Shown: positions 1 to 11,375, numbered from the stretch's first letter. The stretch is 64,000 nt of DNA from an uncultured Bacteroidales bacterium (GCA_964349765.1 CAYGGZ010000001.1:313282-377281), one strand, 5' to 3'. A program made the numbers and translations. Notes: generated by a model not told the origin, from the letters alone.

Positions 1-981
1 GATAATGCCTTTGAATAATTGATTGCTTCGGCAATCGGGTTGCATGTGGTCAACAAAGATGTGGTTATCAATATGCTGCTCTTTATCAACAAGATAGAGC
101 CCATATAGCTCACTGTCGCAATTATAGCCGTTTAGAGCCACGTTAAGATTATTTCGGATTATACCTGCGTTGAGAGTGAGAATGTTGCAGGTTAAACGGC
201 TGTTGTTCAACTGGTGAATCCATGTATTTGTTATGAGCGTTGAATCACTTTCCTTGTTTTGGAGCTTGTAGTGTTCGAGTTGTGCGCCTTGTCCAACAAT
301 GATTTCGGTAACGGAATTGATGAGACTGTGCTTATGAAGCAGGGAGTGGTCGCAATAGAGCAGTTTCAGGCTGCTTTCTTTGCCGAGCACAACTAAATTA
401 CGGGGTTGGATGAAGATGTTTTCGCTTGAGTTGATCAGGTTGATGATCTGAATTGGTTTACGGGCAGCAACATGGTCGGGAACGTAAATAAACAGTCCAT
501 CCTGCGCAAATGCGGTATTCAATGCCGTAAACCCGTTGCCGTTAATTCGTGCATAGCGACCGTAGTATTTGTTGATTATTTCAGGCATCTGAGAAAAAGC
601 GGCAGCAAGGCTTCCAACGATAATACCTTCCGGCAGCTCGGTTAAACCTCCGTTTTTGTGAATAAGCCATCCGTTTAGCTGAGTAAAATGGTAGGATTCA
701 AGATCATGAACCTCGCACATGAAAAGTTTTTCAACATCAACATTATTTTCAAACGGCTTCAAATGCTGAACATATTCAAGCATAAGGGGGCGAGCCAAAT
801 TTGTTTTGCGCCAGCCTTCTGTTGTTATCTCTGGAAACCCGGTTTTCTCAAACTCTTGCATTGCCTCTGCTCTGAGCGATCGGATGAAGTCATGGTCAGA
901 ACTGAAAATAGTGCTCGCGGCTTGCTTAAAAAGCCCTGACAGTTTTTTCCTGAAGTTTCCCTCCGCAAGAATAGTTGACAT
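1..981 (-). CDS. sufD: Fe-S cluster assembly protein SufD (3' end runs off the window)
   Basis: Minus-strand ATG at 979-981 (MSTILAEGNFRKKLSG...). The frame reads ...IFVDHMQPDCRSNQLFKGII at the window edge, a SufB/SufD-family motif. It lies directly downstream of sufB-sufC. It is absent from the ORF track because no stop falls inside the window. Confidence 0.8.
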   Translation of the reverse strand, partial: MSTILAEGNFRKKLSGLFKQAASTIFSSDHDFIRSLRAEAMQEFEKTGFPEITTEGWRKTNLARPLMLEYVQHLKPFENNVDVEKLFMCEVHDLESYHFTQLNGWLIHKNGGLTELPEGIIVGSLAAAFSQMPEIINKYYGRYARINGNGFTALNTAFAQDGLFIYVPDHVAARKPIQIINLINSSENIFIQPRNLVVLGKESSLKLLYCDHSLLHKHSLINSVTEIIVGQGAQLEHYKLQNKESDSTLITNTWIHQLNNSRLTCNILTLNAGIIRNNLNVALNGYNCDSELYGLYLVDKEQHIDNHIFVDHMQPDCRSNQLFKGII

Positions 982-1007
982 GGTTTCAGTTTGTTATAGT
1001 AGTGCAA

Positions 1008-1754
1008 TCAGTGATGTTGGCGTACCCACTCGTAACCCTTCTCTTCAAGCTCCAGAGCCAACTCTTTCCCTCCCGACTTAGCAAGGCGGCCATCGTACAA
1101 AATATGAACGAAATCTGGGACTATATAATCGAGCAGGCGCTGGTAGTGTGTGATCACAACAAAGGCATTATCTTTTCGGCGAAGATGATTCACTCCACTG
1201 GCCACTACACGCAAAGCATCAATATCAAGGCCGGAGTCGGTTTCATCAAGAATAGCCAGAATGGGCTGTAGAATTGCCATTTGAAAGATTTCGTTTTTTT
1301 TCTTTTCGCCTCCCGAGAATCCCTCATTTACTGACCGGTTTGTCAGACTTGTATGCATTTCGAGCATCTTTTTTGCTGCTTCCATACGTGAAAGAAATTC
1401 CTGCGCCGGCATCGGGTCTAACCCTTTATATTTCCGCTGTTCGTTTACGGCCGTTTTGAGGAAATTGTTAATGCTTACTCCGGGAATTTCAACCGGATAC
1501 TGGAATCCCAGGAAAATTCCCTCACAGGCACGTTGCTCAATACTCCAGCCGAAAAGGTTCTTTCCCCTGAAAAGAATTTCTCCTCCGGTGGTTACATATC
1601 CCTCTTTGCCTGCTATAGCGGCAGCCAATGTACTCTTTCCCGTTCCGTTAGGACCCATAATGGCATGAACCTCGCCGGCTCGCACCTCAAGGTTAATTCC
1701 TTTCAGAACCTCTTTCCCATTAATGGCTACTTTGAGATTTTTTACAGTGAGCAT
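1008..1754 (-). CDS. sufC: Fe-S cluster assembly ATPase SufC
   Basis: Walker A GPNGTGKST, ABC signature FSGGEKKK, Walker B ILDETDSGLD. Gene order is sufB-sufC-sufD. Confidence 0.95.
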   Translation of the reverse strand: MLTVKNLKVAINGKEVLKGINLEVRAGEVHAIMGPNGTGKSTLAAAIAGKEGYVTTGGEILFRGKNLFGWSIEQRACEGIFLGFQYPVEIPGVSINNFLKTAVNEQRKYKGLDPMPAQEFLSRMEAAKKMLEMHTSLTNRSVNEGFSGGEKKKNEIFQMAILQPILAILDETDSGLDIDALRVVASGVNHLRRKDNAFVVITHYQRLLDYIVPDFVHILYDGRLAKSGGKELALELEEKGYEWVRQHH

Positions 1755-1796
1755 TTGTCAGGTTTAAATTTGTAATAAGCGATAGATTTTTTTATG

Positions 1797-3245
1797 TCAG
1801 CCAACGCTTCCTTCAAGACTGATTGCAAGCAGCTTTTGGGCTTCAACGGCAAACTCCATAGGAAGATGCTTAAGCACTTCACGGGCGTAACCGTTTACGA
1901 TTAAACCGACAGCATTTTCGCTGTCAATTCCTCGTTGTTGGCAATAAAAAAGCTGCTCATCGGATATTTTTGACGTGGTTGCTTCATGCTCCACTATTGA
2001 GCTTCGATTTTCATTATGGATGTAAGGGAAGGTGTGCGCCCCGCATTTATCGCCAAGAAGAAGAGAGTCGCACCGTGTAAAGTTGCGTGCATTCTCAGCA
2101 CGACGGACAACCTTAATCAACCCGCGGTAGCTATTATTACTCTTTCCAGCCGAGATACCCTTCGATATAACCGTACTACGTGTATTTCGACCCAAATGAA
2201 TCATCTTTGTTCCGGTATCGGCCTGCTGATAATGGTTTGTAACTGCTACAGAATAAAACTCACCTGTTGAGTTATCGCCAAGCAATACAACACTGGGATA
2301 TTTCCAGGTGATTGCCGAGCCTGTTTCGACCTGAGTCCATGAAATTTTTGAATTATTTCCCTTACAAATACCACGTTTTGTTACGAAATTATACACTCCG
2401 CCGCTTCCCGCCTTATCGCCAGGATACCAGTTCTGAACAGTTGAGTACTTAACTTCAGCATCTTTCATTGCAACAATCTCAACTACGGCAGCATGTAACT
2501 GATTTTCATCACGCATAGGAGCAGTACATCCTTCCATATAGCTAACATAACTGCCTTCATCGGCAACGATTAGAGTGCGTTCAAATTGCCCGGTATTGGC
2601 AGCATTGATTCTGAAATATGTTGATAATTCAAGCGGACAACGGACTCCTTTTGGGATATAACAAAACGAACCATCCGAAAATACAGCCGAATTGAGCGCT
2701 GCAAAGAAATTATCGTCGGGCGGAACCACCGATGCCAGGTATTGCCTTACAAGTTCAGGATATTTCTGCACCGCTTCGCTGAATGAGCAAAAGATTATTC
2801 CCAATTTAGTTAGTGCTTCGCTAAAGGTTGTTTTAACTGAAACGCTGTCAATCACAGCATCAACAGCTACCCCTGTAAGTCGTTTTTGTTCATCTAACGA
2901 AATTCCAAGCTTTTTGAATGTTTCAATCAATTCCGGATCAACTTCATCGAGGCCACCTAACTGTTTTTTCTTTTTGGGCGCTGCATAATAAATCAGGTCC
3001 TGATAATCAATTGGTTCATAGCTTAAATGAGCCCAGGAGGGTTCTTTCATGGTTAGCCAGTGACGATAGGCTTTCAGGCGGAACTCAAGCATGAACAAAG
3101 GCTCATTCTTTCGGGCAGAAATGGCTTTTATTACCTCTTCGCTGAGACCTTTATCGAATATATCCATCTCGATATCGGTATAGAACCCGTATTTATACTC
3201 CTGCCGCGTTACCTCTTTAAGTAATTTGTTGGTCTCGTCCTGCAT
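1797..3245 (-). CDS. sufB: Fe-S cluster assembly protein SufB
   Basis: 482 aa with the SufB-like conserved core (...[32 protein letters not shown]...). It is first in the suf cluster. Confidence 0.95.
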   Translation of the reverse strand: MQDETNKLLKEVTRQEYKYGFYTDIEMDIFDKGLSEEVIKAISARKNEPLFMLEFRLKAYRHWLTMKEPSWAHLSYEPIDYQDLIYYAAPKKKKQLGGLDEVDPELIETFKKLGISLDEQKRLTGVAVDAVIDSVSVKTTFSEALTKLGIIFCSFSEAVQKYPELVRQYLASVVPPDDNFFAALNSAVFSDGSFCYIPKGVRCPLELSTYFRINAANTGQFERTLIVADEGSYVSYMEGCTAPMRDENQLHAAVVEIVAMKDAEVKYSTVQNWYPGDKAGSGGVYNFVTKRGICKGNNSKISWTQVETGSAITWKYPSVVLLGDNSTGEFYSVAVTNHYQQADTGTKMIHLGRNTRSTVISKGISAGKSNNSYRGLIKVVRRAENARNFTRCDSLLLGDKCGAHTFPYIHNENRSSIVEHEATTSKISDEQLFYCQQRGIDSENAVGLIVNGYAREVLKHLPMEFAVEAQKLLAISLEGSVG

Positions 3246-3403
3246 CCCAGCCGTTATTAATCAGTTGATATCATATACATTGCAATTAAATGCAAAAGTA
3301 GCATATTTATTTTGATGGTTTTTCGGTACTTCAATCATGAAATACATCTGATAATAAACAAAAACAGATACAGAAAGTTTTACAACACTGCAGCCGTTGA
3401 TAA

Positions 3404-3877
3404 TCAGCCTTCCTGAGATGGCGTTAATGAGATGTTGATTTGCAGTAAATGAAGTTCTAACTCCTGAATAAAAACATCAATGCCTGCAATGCCGGAGGAG
3501 GATAATGTATGGGCAAAATCAACTGATTTGGTTGCGTTTATGAGATATGATATTTCTTCAGGCCGAAACACAGGATGAATCTTATCGGTGAAAAGCAAAT
3601 GGCTGAAATGTCGCAGCGATGGAATGAGGGTGTTTCCAGTGGTGCGGTTTGATACCAGAAACCAATTAAGCTGGCGGGCATCGTCGCAGCAATAGTATAA
3701 TGCAAACTCGTATTGCCCGGTAGCGCTGCTGGAAACGAAATCGGATATTCGCCGTAGCGATAGCTTAAGTGATTTATTGAGGAAGAAGCATAATCGGTAT
3801 GTGTCAGCTTGAGAAACAATTCCAATGAATTGGAAATTATGCTGAGCAACAACAGTCAGTTTTCTATAGCGTGGCAT
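3404..3877 (-). CDS. Conserved hypothetical protein. Size and position next to rnc resemble the Bacteroidota IPExxxVDY-family protein, unverified.
   Basis: 157-aa ORF with no recognisable catalytic motif. It contains RPEEISYLINATKSVDF. The overlapping 104-aa ORF in another frame was judged a shadow. Confidence 0.45.
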   Translation of the reverse strand: MPRYRKLTVVAQHNFQFIGIVSQADTYRLCFFLNKSLKLSLRRISDFVSSSATGQYEFALYYCCDDARQLNWFLVSNRTTGNTLIPSLRHFSHLLFTDKIHPVFRPEEISYLINATKSVDFAHTLSSSGIAGIDVFIQELELHLLQINISLTPSQEG

Positions 3878-3949
3878 TAAATCGAACGTTAGAAAGGATA
3901 AAATTACATTTTTTTTAATAGAACTTCGTTTCTAACGCTTTAGGGAGCT

Positions 3950-4687
3950 TTACATCCCGGAGGACGAGTTCATATTTTCCTGCAATGATTCGAGCGCCTT
4001 ACTGGCTGCACATTGTTCGGCTCCCTTTATGCTGAAGTCCATTCCTTGGCCGGCGGGCATATTATCAATCAAAACCTCCACCACATACTGTTTTTTGTGA
4101 TGCGAGCCTAACTCTTCAACAACCTTGAAGGCAATAGTTTTCCTGGAATGTTGCCCCCACTCAAGTAATTTGCTTTTGAAATTGGTTTCCGAGGCAAGCA
4201 ATTCATCAATAAAGGTGTGCATGTGTAGTATCCGGTTAATAACAATTTTGGCAGTAAAGTCATACCCTTTGTCGAGAAACAAAGCTCCTACGAAAGCTTC
4301 GAAGGCATTACCCATCACCCAGCGTGGTTGCATGTTTCCTTCGCCGTTGCACTTAACGAGCTTGTCGAAACCAAGCTTTGATGAAAGCTTGTTTAGATGG
4401 CTGCGGCTTACAACATTTGATCGCATTTGAGTAAGTTCGCCTTCGTTTTTGAAGGGAAACCGTTTGAAGAGATAGTTGGCAATTATGCTACTAAGAACGG
4501 CATCGCCAAGAAATTCGAGCCGTTCGTTATTGAGTTTTAATCCGTTGAACTGTTTTTCGGCTACAGAGCGGTGGCGAAAGGCAAGTTTGTAAAGAAAAAT
4601 ATTGCCGGGACGAAACCCGAACATATTTTTTATGTTGAAGAAGAGTTTTTTTTCTGATGAAAACCATGCCCTGACGTACCAGATCAT
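3950..4687 (-). CDS. rnc: Ribonuclease III
   Basis: RNase III signature NERLEFLGDAVL and a C-terminal dsRNA-binding region (...KKQYVVEVLIDN...GAEQCAASKAL). It lies downstream of fabF. Confidence 0.9.
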   Translation of the reverse strand: MIWYVRAWFSSEKKLFFNIKNMFGFRPGNIFLYKLAFRHRSVAEKQFNGLKLNNERLEFLGDAVLSSIIANYLFKRFPFKNEGELTQMRSNVVSRSHLNKLSSKLGFDKLVKCNGEGNMQPRWVMGNAFEAFVGALFLDKGYDFTAKIVINRILHMHTFIDELLASETNFKSKLLEWGQHSRKTIAFKVVEELGSHHKKQYVVEVLIDNMPAGQGMDFSIKGAEQCAASKALESLQENMNSSSGM

Positions 4688-4700
4688 GCTCTAATAGCCG

Positions 4701-5954
4701 TTAGCCGGTGAATTTTTTGAAGATGATACTCACATTGTGGCCGCCAAACCCGAAAGTGTTGCTGAGTGCGTAGTTTACATTTCTTTTATGCGCCTGATTG
4801 AATGTAAAATTCAGATTGTTGTCAATTTCCGGATCGTCGGTAAAGTGATTTATTGTGGGAGGCACGATATTGGTGTACGCTGCCATAATTGCGGCAATTG
4901 CCTCAACAGCTCCTGCAGCTCCAAGCAGGTGGCCGGTCATTGATTTGGTGGCATTTATGTTAATCTTATAGGCGTGTTGGCCAAAAAGCCTCACTATGGC
5001 TTTTGTTTCAGATATATCGCCGAGTGGAGTGCTTGTACCGTGTGTGTTGATGTGGTCAATTTCGCTCAGATCAATTCCTGCCTCTTCAACGGCTAATTTC
5101 ATTGAGTTGTAGGCTCCCTCTCCTTCAGGATGCGGGGATGTAATGTGATATGCATCGGCGGATAAGCCGGCGCCAACAACTTCGGCGTATATTCGTGCGC
5201 CGCGTTTCAAGGCATGTTCAAGCTCTTCGAGAATGAGGCTTCCGGCGCCTTCGCCCATCACAAATCCATCGCGATCCTTGTCGAAAGGCCGTGAAGCTGT
5301 TTTGGGGTCATCGTTTCGGGTCGAAATAGCGTGCATGGCATTAAATCCGCCAACACCTGTGGGGCTGATACTTGCCTCACTGCCGCCGCATACAAAAGCG
5401 TCGGCCTTTCCGATTCTGATGTAATAAAAGGCATCACAAATTGAATTTGCCGAGCTTGCGCATGCCGATACGGTGGCAAAATTTGGCCCTTTGAATCCGT
5501 GGCGGATTGAAATGTGCCCGGCTGCGATGTCAGCAATCATTTTGGGAATGAAAAATGGATTGAAACGCGGTGTTCCATCTCCGCGATAGAACCCGGCCAT
5601 CTCTTCCGAAAAGGTGTCAATGCCGCCGATGCCACTCGACCAGATAACGCCAATTCTCAACGGATCAATATCCTGCGAAGTTATAGAAGCATCCTTTAGC
5701 GATTCATCGCTGGCCGCTATGCCATATTGAGCATACCGGTCGTATTTGCGTGCCTCTTTGCGGTCGATGTAGTTTAAAACATCGAACCCTCTGACTTCGC
5801 AGGCAAATCGTGTTTTGTGTTTTGAAGGATCAAAGCGCGTAATGGCATCAGCGCTGCTGACTCCGTTTATCAAGCCGCTCCAGTAATCCTGAAGGTTATT
5901 GCCTAACGGTGTCAGCGCGCCTAAACCCGTGATAACAACCCGCCGGTATTTCAT
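4701..5954 (-). CDS. fabF: Beta-ketoacyl-ACP synthase II
   Basis: Active-site Cys context TVSACASS, catalytic His contexts (AYHITSPHP, NTHGTSTPLGD), GHLLGAAG. It lies downstream of acpP. Confidence 0.95.
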   Translation of the reverse strand: MKYRRVVITGLGALTPLGNNLQDYWSGLINGVSSADAITRFDPSKHKTRFACEVRGFDVLNYIDRKEARKYDRYAQYGIAASDESLKDASITSQDIDPLRIGVIWSSGIGGIDTFSEEMAGFYRGDGTPRFNPFFIPKMIADIAAGHISIRHGFKGPNFATVSACASSANSICDAFYYIRIGKADAFVCGGSEASISPTGVGGFNAMHAISTRNDDPKTASRPFDKDRDGFVMGEGAGSLILEELEHALKRGARIYAEVVGAGLSADAYHITSPHPEGEGAYNSMKLAVEEAGIDLSEIDHINTHGTSTPLGDISETKAIVRLFGQHAYKININATKSMTGHLLGAAGAVEAIAAIMAAYTNIVPPTINHFTDDPEIDNNLNFTFNQAHKRNVNYALSNTFGFGGHNVSIIFKKFTG

Positions 5955-5965
5955 GGTGAATGAAA

Positions 5966-6202
5966 CTACTTGCGGAGATTTTCGATGTAAGCGATTGCCT
6001 CGCCTACGGTAGCTATTTTTTCAGCCTGATCATCAGGAATTGACATACCAAATTCCTTTTCGAACTCCATGATCAACTCTACCGTGTCGAGAGAGTCGGC
6101 TCCAAGATCGTTAGTGAAGCTGGCCTCGGGTGTAACTTCACTTTCATCTACTCCAAGCTTATCAACAATGATAGCTTTTACTTTTGCTGCGATGTCTGAC
6201 AT
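5966..6202 (-). CDS. acpP: Acyl carrier protein
   Basis: The internal ATG at 6202 gives 78 aa ([17 protein letters not shown]...) with the phosphopantetheine site [11 protein letters not shown]. The longer ORF-track call to 6340 only adds a hydrophobic extension unlike ACP. Confidence 0.95.
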   Translation of the reverse strand: MSDIAAKVKAIIVDKLGVDESEVTPEASFTNDLGADSLDTVELIMEFEKEFGMSIPDDQAEKIATVGEAIAYIENLRK

Positions 6203-6355
6203 GTTCTCACTTTTTTGGTTTGATAATGCAAAGAAAAAAATTAAATCTGTGATAGCAAATAAACAGCGAGGAAAAAAAACGCAAACAAACGCAACACATA
6301 CATAATCAATAATATAGCATACGCCTGAATGTTTAGTCAAAGAGCAGGATTCGTA

Positions 6356-6424
6356 TTAAACCCGAATTAATCAATAGAAAGTCCGTTAGGGCTGAACTAA
6401 AGTCAAATGCTTAACCTGGTTTAA
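6356..6424. repeat. Rep1 family, minimal 69-bp copy (small palindromic intergenic element)
   Basis: Sequence is TTAAACCCGaattaatcaatagaaagtccgttagggctgaact..aaagtcaaatgcttaaCCTGGTTTAA. The termini are imperfect inverted repeats. The left arm is identical to 12251-12290 and, in reverse complement, nearly identical to 13771-13808. Confidence 0.85.
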
Positions 6425-6496
6425 CACACATTGAATGCTACAGAGCGAATAGTTTTTTTTCTGTTCTTTGTTTGTACGAAAATGAAGTTGGTTCGC

Positions 6497-7081
6497 ATGA
6501 AAAAAATCATTGCTTGTTTTGCTTCTGGAACTGGCAGCAATGTAGAGGCTATTGCATTTCATTTTCATAAACAACGCTCGGTACGGGTAGGGATGGTGTT
6601 TTGCAACAATCCTGATGCCCTTGTGATAAAAAAAGCTGAAACATTAGGCATACCGGTAATGACTTTTAGCCGGATTGATTTGTACCGCAATAATGTTGTA
6701 TTAAACCGGCTTACACAATTACAACCAGCTTTGATCGTACTTGCAGGTTTCATGTGGATGATACCACGCGACATAATTGATTCTTTTCCCAACCGAATCA
6801 TTAACATACACCCGGCACTGTTGCCCAAATACGGGGGCAAGGGAATGTATGGCTCAAAAGTTCATGAGGCCGTGCTTGCCGCAGGAGAGAAAGAGAGCGG
6901 CATCACCATTCATTATGTTAATGAGCACTACGATGAAGGTGATGTAATTTTTCAGGAACGGTGCCCGGTACTTCAAACCGACACCCCTGAGAGTCTCGCT
7001 CAACGTATTCATAAACTTGAGCACCGCCGCTATCCACAAGTGATCGGGGAGGTTTTATCTCGCTTCAGGCCTAATGGTTAG
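6497..7081 (+). CDS. purN: Phosphoribosylglycinamide formyltransferase
   Basis: ATG at 6497 (MKKIIACFASGTGSNVEAI...). Formyltransferase core NIHPALLPKYGGKGMYG. The ORF-track start at 6431 adds an implausible N-terminus. Confidence 0.9.
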   Translation: MKKIIACFASGTGSNVEAIAFHFHKQRSVRVGMVFCNNPDALVIKKAETLGIPVMTFSRIDLYRNNVVLNRLTQLQPALIVLAGFMWMIPRDIIDSFPNRIINIHPALLPKYGGKGMYGSKVHEAVLAAGEKESGITIHYVNEHYDEGDVIFQERCPVLQTDTPESLAQRIHKLEHRRYPQVIGEVLSRFRPNG

Positions 7082-7133
7082 CAAATGATGATTTTGCCAC
7101 CATAAATGTTTTCAACTCACCAGCCTTAGTGCA

Positions 7134-8522
7134 TTAGCCCTGCATGAATGTTTCTACCTCTTTCACCGTTTTGGGAACCGGTGTGCCAAGTATTTTGCAG
7201 CCGCTTTGGGTTATCAGGATTCCGTCTTCTATGCGAACACCACCAAAGCCTATGTATGATTCAACTTTTTCATAATTAATGAAATCGCGGTGTAACCCTT
7301 CGTTTTTCCATTTTTCAATGAGAGCTGGAATGAAGTAGATTCCTGGTTCCACGGTTAGGGCGAAGCCTACCTGCAATCTGCGTCCAAAGCGAAGATAAGC
7401 AGTTCCGAACTGATCGCTTGGGCGGATTTCATCATCATAGCCTACATAAATCTGTCCCAGATCTTCCATATCGTGCACATCAAGTCCCAACATATGACCC
7501 AACCCATGTGGAAAAAACAGGGCGTGAGCGCCAGCCTGCAAAGCATCATCAACATTGCCTCTCATTAGCCCTATCCCTTTTAATCCTTCGGTCATCATCC
7601 GGCAGGCATGCATGTGTACTTCCTTGTAGGTGATGCCCGGTCGGCAGGCCTCGATAGCTTTCATGTTGGCGTTTACGACAATTTCATAAATATCCTTCTG
7701 TGCAGGAGTAAACCGCCCGTCAACAGGAACAGTGCGGGTGTGATCGCTTGAATAATCCATGTTGGTTGTGGCTCCGGCATCAATCAGCAACATCTGTCCG
7801 GCTTTCATGATATTGCTGTGGTCGTGGTTATGCAATGTTTCGCCGCGAACAGAAAGGATCACAGGAAAAGATGTTCCATTGCCTTTACTGATTGCAATTC
7901 CTTCGATAACCCCGGCAATTTCCTGTTCGAGTACGCCTGGATTTGTCATTTTCATAGCGGTAGTGTGCATCAGATAGCCTATATTGCTTGCTTTTTCGAG
8001 TTCGGCAATTTCATGTTCATCCTTAACAGAGCGCTGCTTCACAATAGCTTTTATCAATTCGAGCGAGGCGTAACTCTTTATTTGCGATGGATGAATGCCC
8101 AGCAGTTTTTCGAGCAAAATGATGTTTTTTGCCCTATAAGGAGGTGCGAAATGGATCTTTCGTCCTTGCTGAATAGCTTTGGAAACATGGCCGAACAGTT
8201 TGTCGAAAGGCTCTGTATTGGCAATACCAACATTTTCGGCTTTGACTCGCATCGGCTCTTGTGTACCCATCCAGATTATGGATTCGATATCTACATCGTT
8301 ACCAAACAGAATTTCAGTTCCGTTGTCAACGTCAATAATAGCGGCCAGGCCTGCTTTGTTGTGTCCGAAAAAATACAAAAAATTACTGTCCTGCCTGAAA
8401 TGGTAGGTATTTGCAGGATAGTTCAATGAGGCATCCTGGTTGCCCAACATGAGAATCAAACCAGAAGAAACATCTTTTCTAAGCTGGTTTCTTCGTGCGA
8501 CATAAACATTTTTGCTGAACAT
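7134..8522 (-). CDS. Xaa-Pro aminopeptidase (M24B family)
   Basis: Metal-ligand contexts LIDAGATTNMDYSSDHTRT, HGLGHMLGLDVHD, VEPGIY, GGVRIED. Confidence 0.85.
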   Translation of the reverse strand: MFSKNVYVARRNQLRKDVSSGLILMLGNQDASLNYPANTYHFRQDSNFLYFFGHNKAGLAAIIDVDNGTEILFGNDVDIESIIWMGTQEPMRVKAENVGIANTEPFDKLFGHVSKAIQQGRKIHFAPPYRAKNIILLEKLLGIHPSQIKSYASLELIKAIVKQRSVKDEHEIAELEKASNIGYLMHTTAMKMTNPGVLEQEIAGVIEGIAISKGNGTSFPVILSVRGETLHNHDHSNIMKAGQMLLIDAGATTNMDYSSDHTRTVPVDGRFTPAQKDIYEIVVNANMKAIEACRPGITYKEVHMHACRMMTEGLKGIGLMRGNVDDALQAGAHALFFPHGLGHMLGLDVHDMEDLGQIYVGYDDEIRPSDQFGTAYLRFGRRLQVGFALTVEPGIYFIPALIEKWKNEGLHRDFINYEKVESYIGFGGVRIEDGILITQSGCKILGTPVPKTVKEVETFMQG

Positions 8523-8735
8523 AGTAGTGAAGTTTTATTGATGATTAAGATTATGTGCGTTTTAGTTATTGTTGCACGCTTAATTATGGTGCGTGTGTGC
8601 TGCGATTTATCAAAAATATTATTCTTGTCTCAGGCTAATGGGTTTTGTTTTTACATTTGTCTTCTGCATGGCCATACAAATTAAATGAATATTCACGGAA
8701 TGCAATCAATGTTCATGTCAATAAATTGATTAATC

Positions 8736-9410
8736 ATGGGCAAATCTGCTTTTTACGCAGTATCAATCGGGCAGAAGGTTATCACGGCACTTGCCGGGTT
8801 GTTTCTAATGACTTTTCTGGCTGTTCATCTTGCAACCAACCTATTACTCATCAAAGGCGATGGCGGCGCATCGTTTCGCGAAGCTGTGAGGTTTCTTACT
8901 ACCAGTCCGATAATCAAAGTTATGGAGGTTGTGTTATTCAGCGCTTTTATCATTCATATCGTGCTGGCGCTGTTTGTCACTCTGAAAAACTGGTTGGCAA
9001 GACCTGTGGGATATTTTGTAGCAAGGAAATCCAACACCTATTTCATGTCGAGGTATATGTTTCATACCGGAATGATTTTGTTGGCGTTTCTTCTGATACA
9101 TCTGTGGCATTTTTTTGCAATAAAGGCAGGCTTGCAGCCGCAACCTGATTTTATGGAGAGCAAGGTTGACTTCTATCCACAGGCGGTATATCTTTTTCAG
9201 AAGCCCATTGTTTCAGCATTTTATCTGGTTTCTTTTATCTTTCTGGGCTTTCATCTGAACCATGCACTGCAATCAGGTTTTCAAACCCTCGGATTAAACC
9301 ACAACCGCTATACTCCAGTTGTAAAAATCATCAGTGCGTTGTATTCAGTTGTTATTTCGGTGGGATTCGCAGTTATACCATTGTACTTTTTGTTCTTTTT
9401 CGAACCGTAA
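8736..9410 (+). CDS. Succinate dehydrogenase/fumarate reductase cytochrome b subunit (Bacteroidota type)
   Basis: 224 aa with multiple hydrophobic helices and conserved His residues. It lies immediately upstream of the flavoprotein and Fe-S subunits. Confidence 0.8.
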   Translation: MGKSAFYAVSIGQKVITALAGLFLMTFLAVHLATNLLLIKGDGGASFREAVRFLTTSPIIKVMEVVLFSAFIIHIVLALFVTLKNWLARPVGYFVARKSNTYFMSRYMFHTGMILLAFLLIHLWHFFAIKAGLQPQPDFMESKVDFYPQAVYLFQKPIVSAFYLVSFIFLGFHLNHALQSGFQTLGLNHNRYTPVVKIISALYSVVISVGFAVIPLYFLFFFEP

Positions 9411-9455
9411 CCTGTTTGTTTCAAAGCGATTAAATTCAAAGTAACCCAAAATATC

Positions 9456-11375
9456 ATGGCGCTACCTGATGCAAAAATTCCTGAAGGCCCATTGGCTTCG
9501 AAATGGTCGAAACATAAGGATTTACTCAAACTTGTAAATCCAGCCAACAAAAAACATCTTGAAATTATTGTTGTTGGAACCGGTTTATCTGGTTTGGGTG
9601 CAGCTTCTGCGTTAGGCGAACTGGGCTACAGTGTTAAAGTATTCTGTTATCAGGATTCACCTCGCCGGGCTCACAGCGTTGCAGCGCAAGGGGGGATAAA
9701 CGCTGCCAAAAACTACCGTAACGACGGCGATAGCATAAACCGGCTCTTTTCCGACATGATCAAAGGCGGCGATTTCCGCTCACGCGAGGCAGATGTATAT
9801 CGCATTGCTGAAGTAAGTAACGATGTTATTGATCATTACGTCGCCCTTGGCGTTCCTTTTGCCAGAGATTATGGCGGAATGATTACTACACGTTCGTTTG
9901 GCGGCGTTCAGGTATCGCGAACCTTTTACGCAAAAGGGCAAACCGGCCAGCAGTGTTTACTGGGTGGGTTCTCATCGCTGAGCCGGCAAATCGCAAAGGG
10001 TACAGTATCAATGTATTATCGTCGCGAAATGGTTGAATTGGTTCTGATTGATGGCCGGGCAAGGGGAATTATTGCAAGGAATCTCGTAACTGGCCAACTC
10101 GAACGTTACGCAGCCCATGCAGTAGTGTTTGCCACCGGCGGCTATGGTACGATTTTTTATCTTTCGACCCTAGCCGTAAACAGCAATGCCTCGGCAGCAT
10201 GGATAGGCTATAAAAACGGGGCATTCTTTGCTAATCCTGGGTTTATTCAGATCCATCCCACCAGCATTCCAATGTTGAACGATTTCCAAAGTAAACTTAC
10301 CTTGATGTCGGAATCGCTGCGAAACGACGGGAGGGTTTGGGTTCCACAACAGCAAGGCGATAAGCGCCATCCAAACAATATTCCTGAAGGTGAGCGCGAT
10401 TACTTTCTCGAACGGCGGTATCCGGCTTTCGGAAATCTTGTTCCCCGCGATGTGGCTTCGCGAGCCATCAAAGAACGATGCGATGCAGGCTGTGGAGTAG
10501 GCGAGAACGGCCTGAGCGTTTATCTCGATTTCAACGATGCCTGCAAAAAGCAGGGACGAAAAGCTATCGAAGATAAATATGGTAACTTGTTTGAAATGTA
10601 TCTAAAAATCACAGGCGTTAATCCTTATGCCGAACCGATGCGTATATATCCGGCTGGCCATTATACAATGGGAGGATTATGGGTCGATTATAACCTTATG
10701 ACCACAATCCCCGGATTGTTTGCTATCGGCGAAGCCAACTTTAGCGTTCATGGCGCCAACCGGCTCGGCGCTGCCTCGCTCATGCAATGCGCTGGAGAAG
10801 GATATTTCATTCTTCCTTACACCATAAGCGATTACCTTTCTTCCCAGATCAAGGTTTCCAGAATCAAAACCGACAATCCTGAATTTGAAAAAGCTGAACA
10901 GCAAGCTAGCGAATTAATTGTTAAACTACTATCAATCAGAGGAAAGCAAACGCCGGCTATGTTTCATAAACGGCTTGGAAAAATAATGTGGGATCATTGT
11001 GGCATGTTCCGCAATGATGCTGGCTTGAACGAAGGTCTGCGCAAACTTGATGATCTTGAAAATGAATTCTGGCACGATCTTCTGATAACCGGTCCGGCCG
11101 ATGAATTTAACCAGGAGGTGGAGAAAGCCGGACGAATGGTATCGTTCTTTAAAGTTGGACGGCTGATGTTTCAGGATGCGTTGCACCGCACCGAAAGCTG
11201 CGGGGCTCATTTCCGCGAAGAAAGCCAAACCCCAACAGGCGAAGCCAGACGAGATGATGTAAACTTTGCTTATGTTTCGGCATGGGAATACAGGGGGGAT
11301 GCCCAAAGCCCAATCCTACATAAGGAAGAACTCCGGTTTGAGTACAGCGAACTGAAGGAAAGAAGCTACCAGTAA
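9456..11375 (+). CDS. sdhA: Succinate dehydrogenase/fumarate reductase flavoprotein subunit
   Basis: FAD-binding [10 protein letters not shown], covalent-FAD His context [25 protein letters not shown]. Confidence 0.95.
   Translation: MALPDAKIPEGPLASKWSKHKDLLKLVNPANKKHLEIIVVGTGLSGLGAASALGELGYSVKVFCYQDSPRRAHSVAAQGGINAAKNYRNDGDSINRLFSDMIKGGDFRSREADVYRIAEVSNDVIDHYVALGVPFARDYGGMITTRSFGGVQVSRTFYAKGQTGQQCLLGGFSSLSRQIAKGTVSMYYRREMVELVLIDGRARGIIARNLVTGQLERYAAHAVVFATGGYGTIFYLSTLAVNSNASAAWIGYKNGAFFANPGFIQIHPTSIPMLNDFQSKLTLMSESLRNDGRVWVPQQQGDKRHPNNIPEGERDYFLERRYPAFGNLVPRDVASRAIKERCDAGCGVGENGLSVYLDFNDACKKQGRKAIEDKYGNLFEMYLKITGVNPYAEPMRIYPAGHYTMGGLWVDYNLMTTIPGLFAIGEANFSVHGANRLGAASLMQCAGEGYFILPYTISDYLSSQIKVSRIKTDNPEFEKAEQQASELIVKLLSIRGKQTPAMFHKRLGKIMWDHCGMFRNDAGLNEGLRKLDDLENEFWHDLLITGPADEFNQEVEKAGRMVSFFKVGRLMFQDALHRTESCGAHFREESQTPTGEARRDDVNFAYVSAWEYRGDAQSPILHKEELRFEYSELKERSYQ

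Noticed and set aside
8645-9148. 167-aa ORF overlapping the start of the cytochrome b subunit gene in another frame
   Set aside because: The 8736-9410 frame encodes a coherent multi-helix membrane protein in the expected sdh operon position. The alternative frame has no membrane or domain features.
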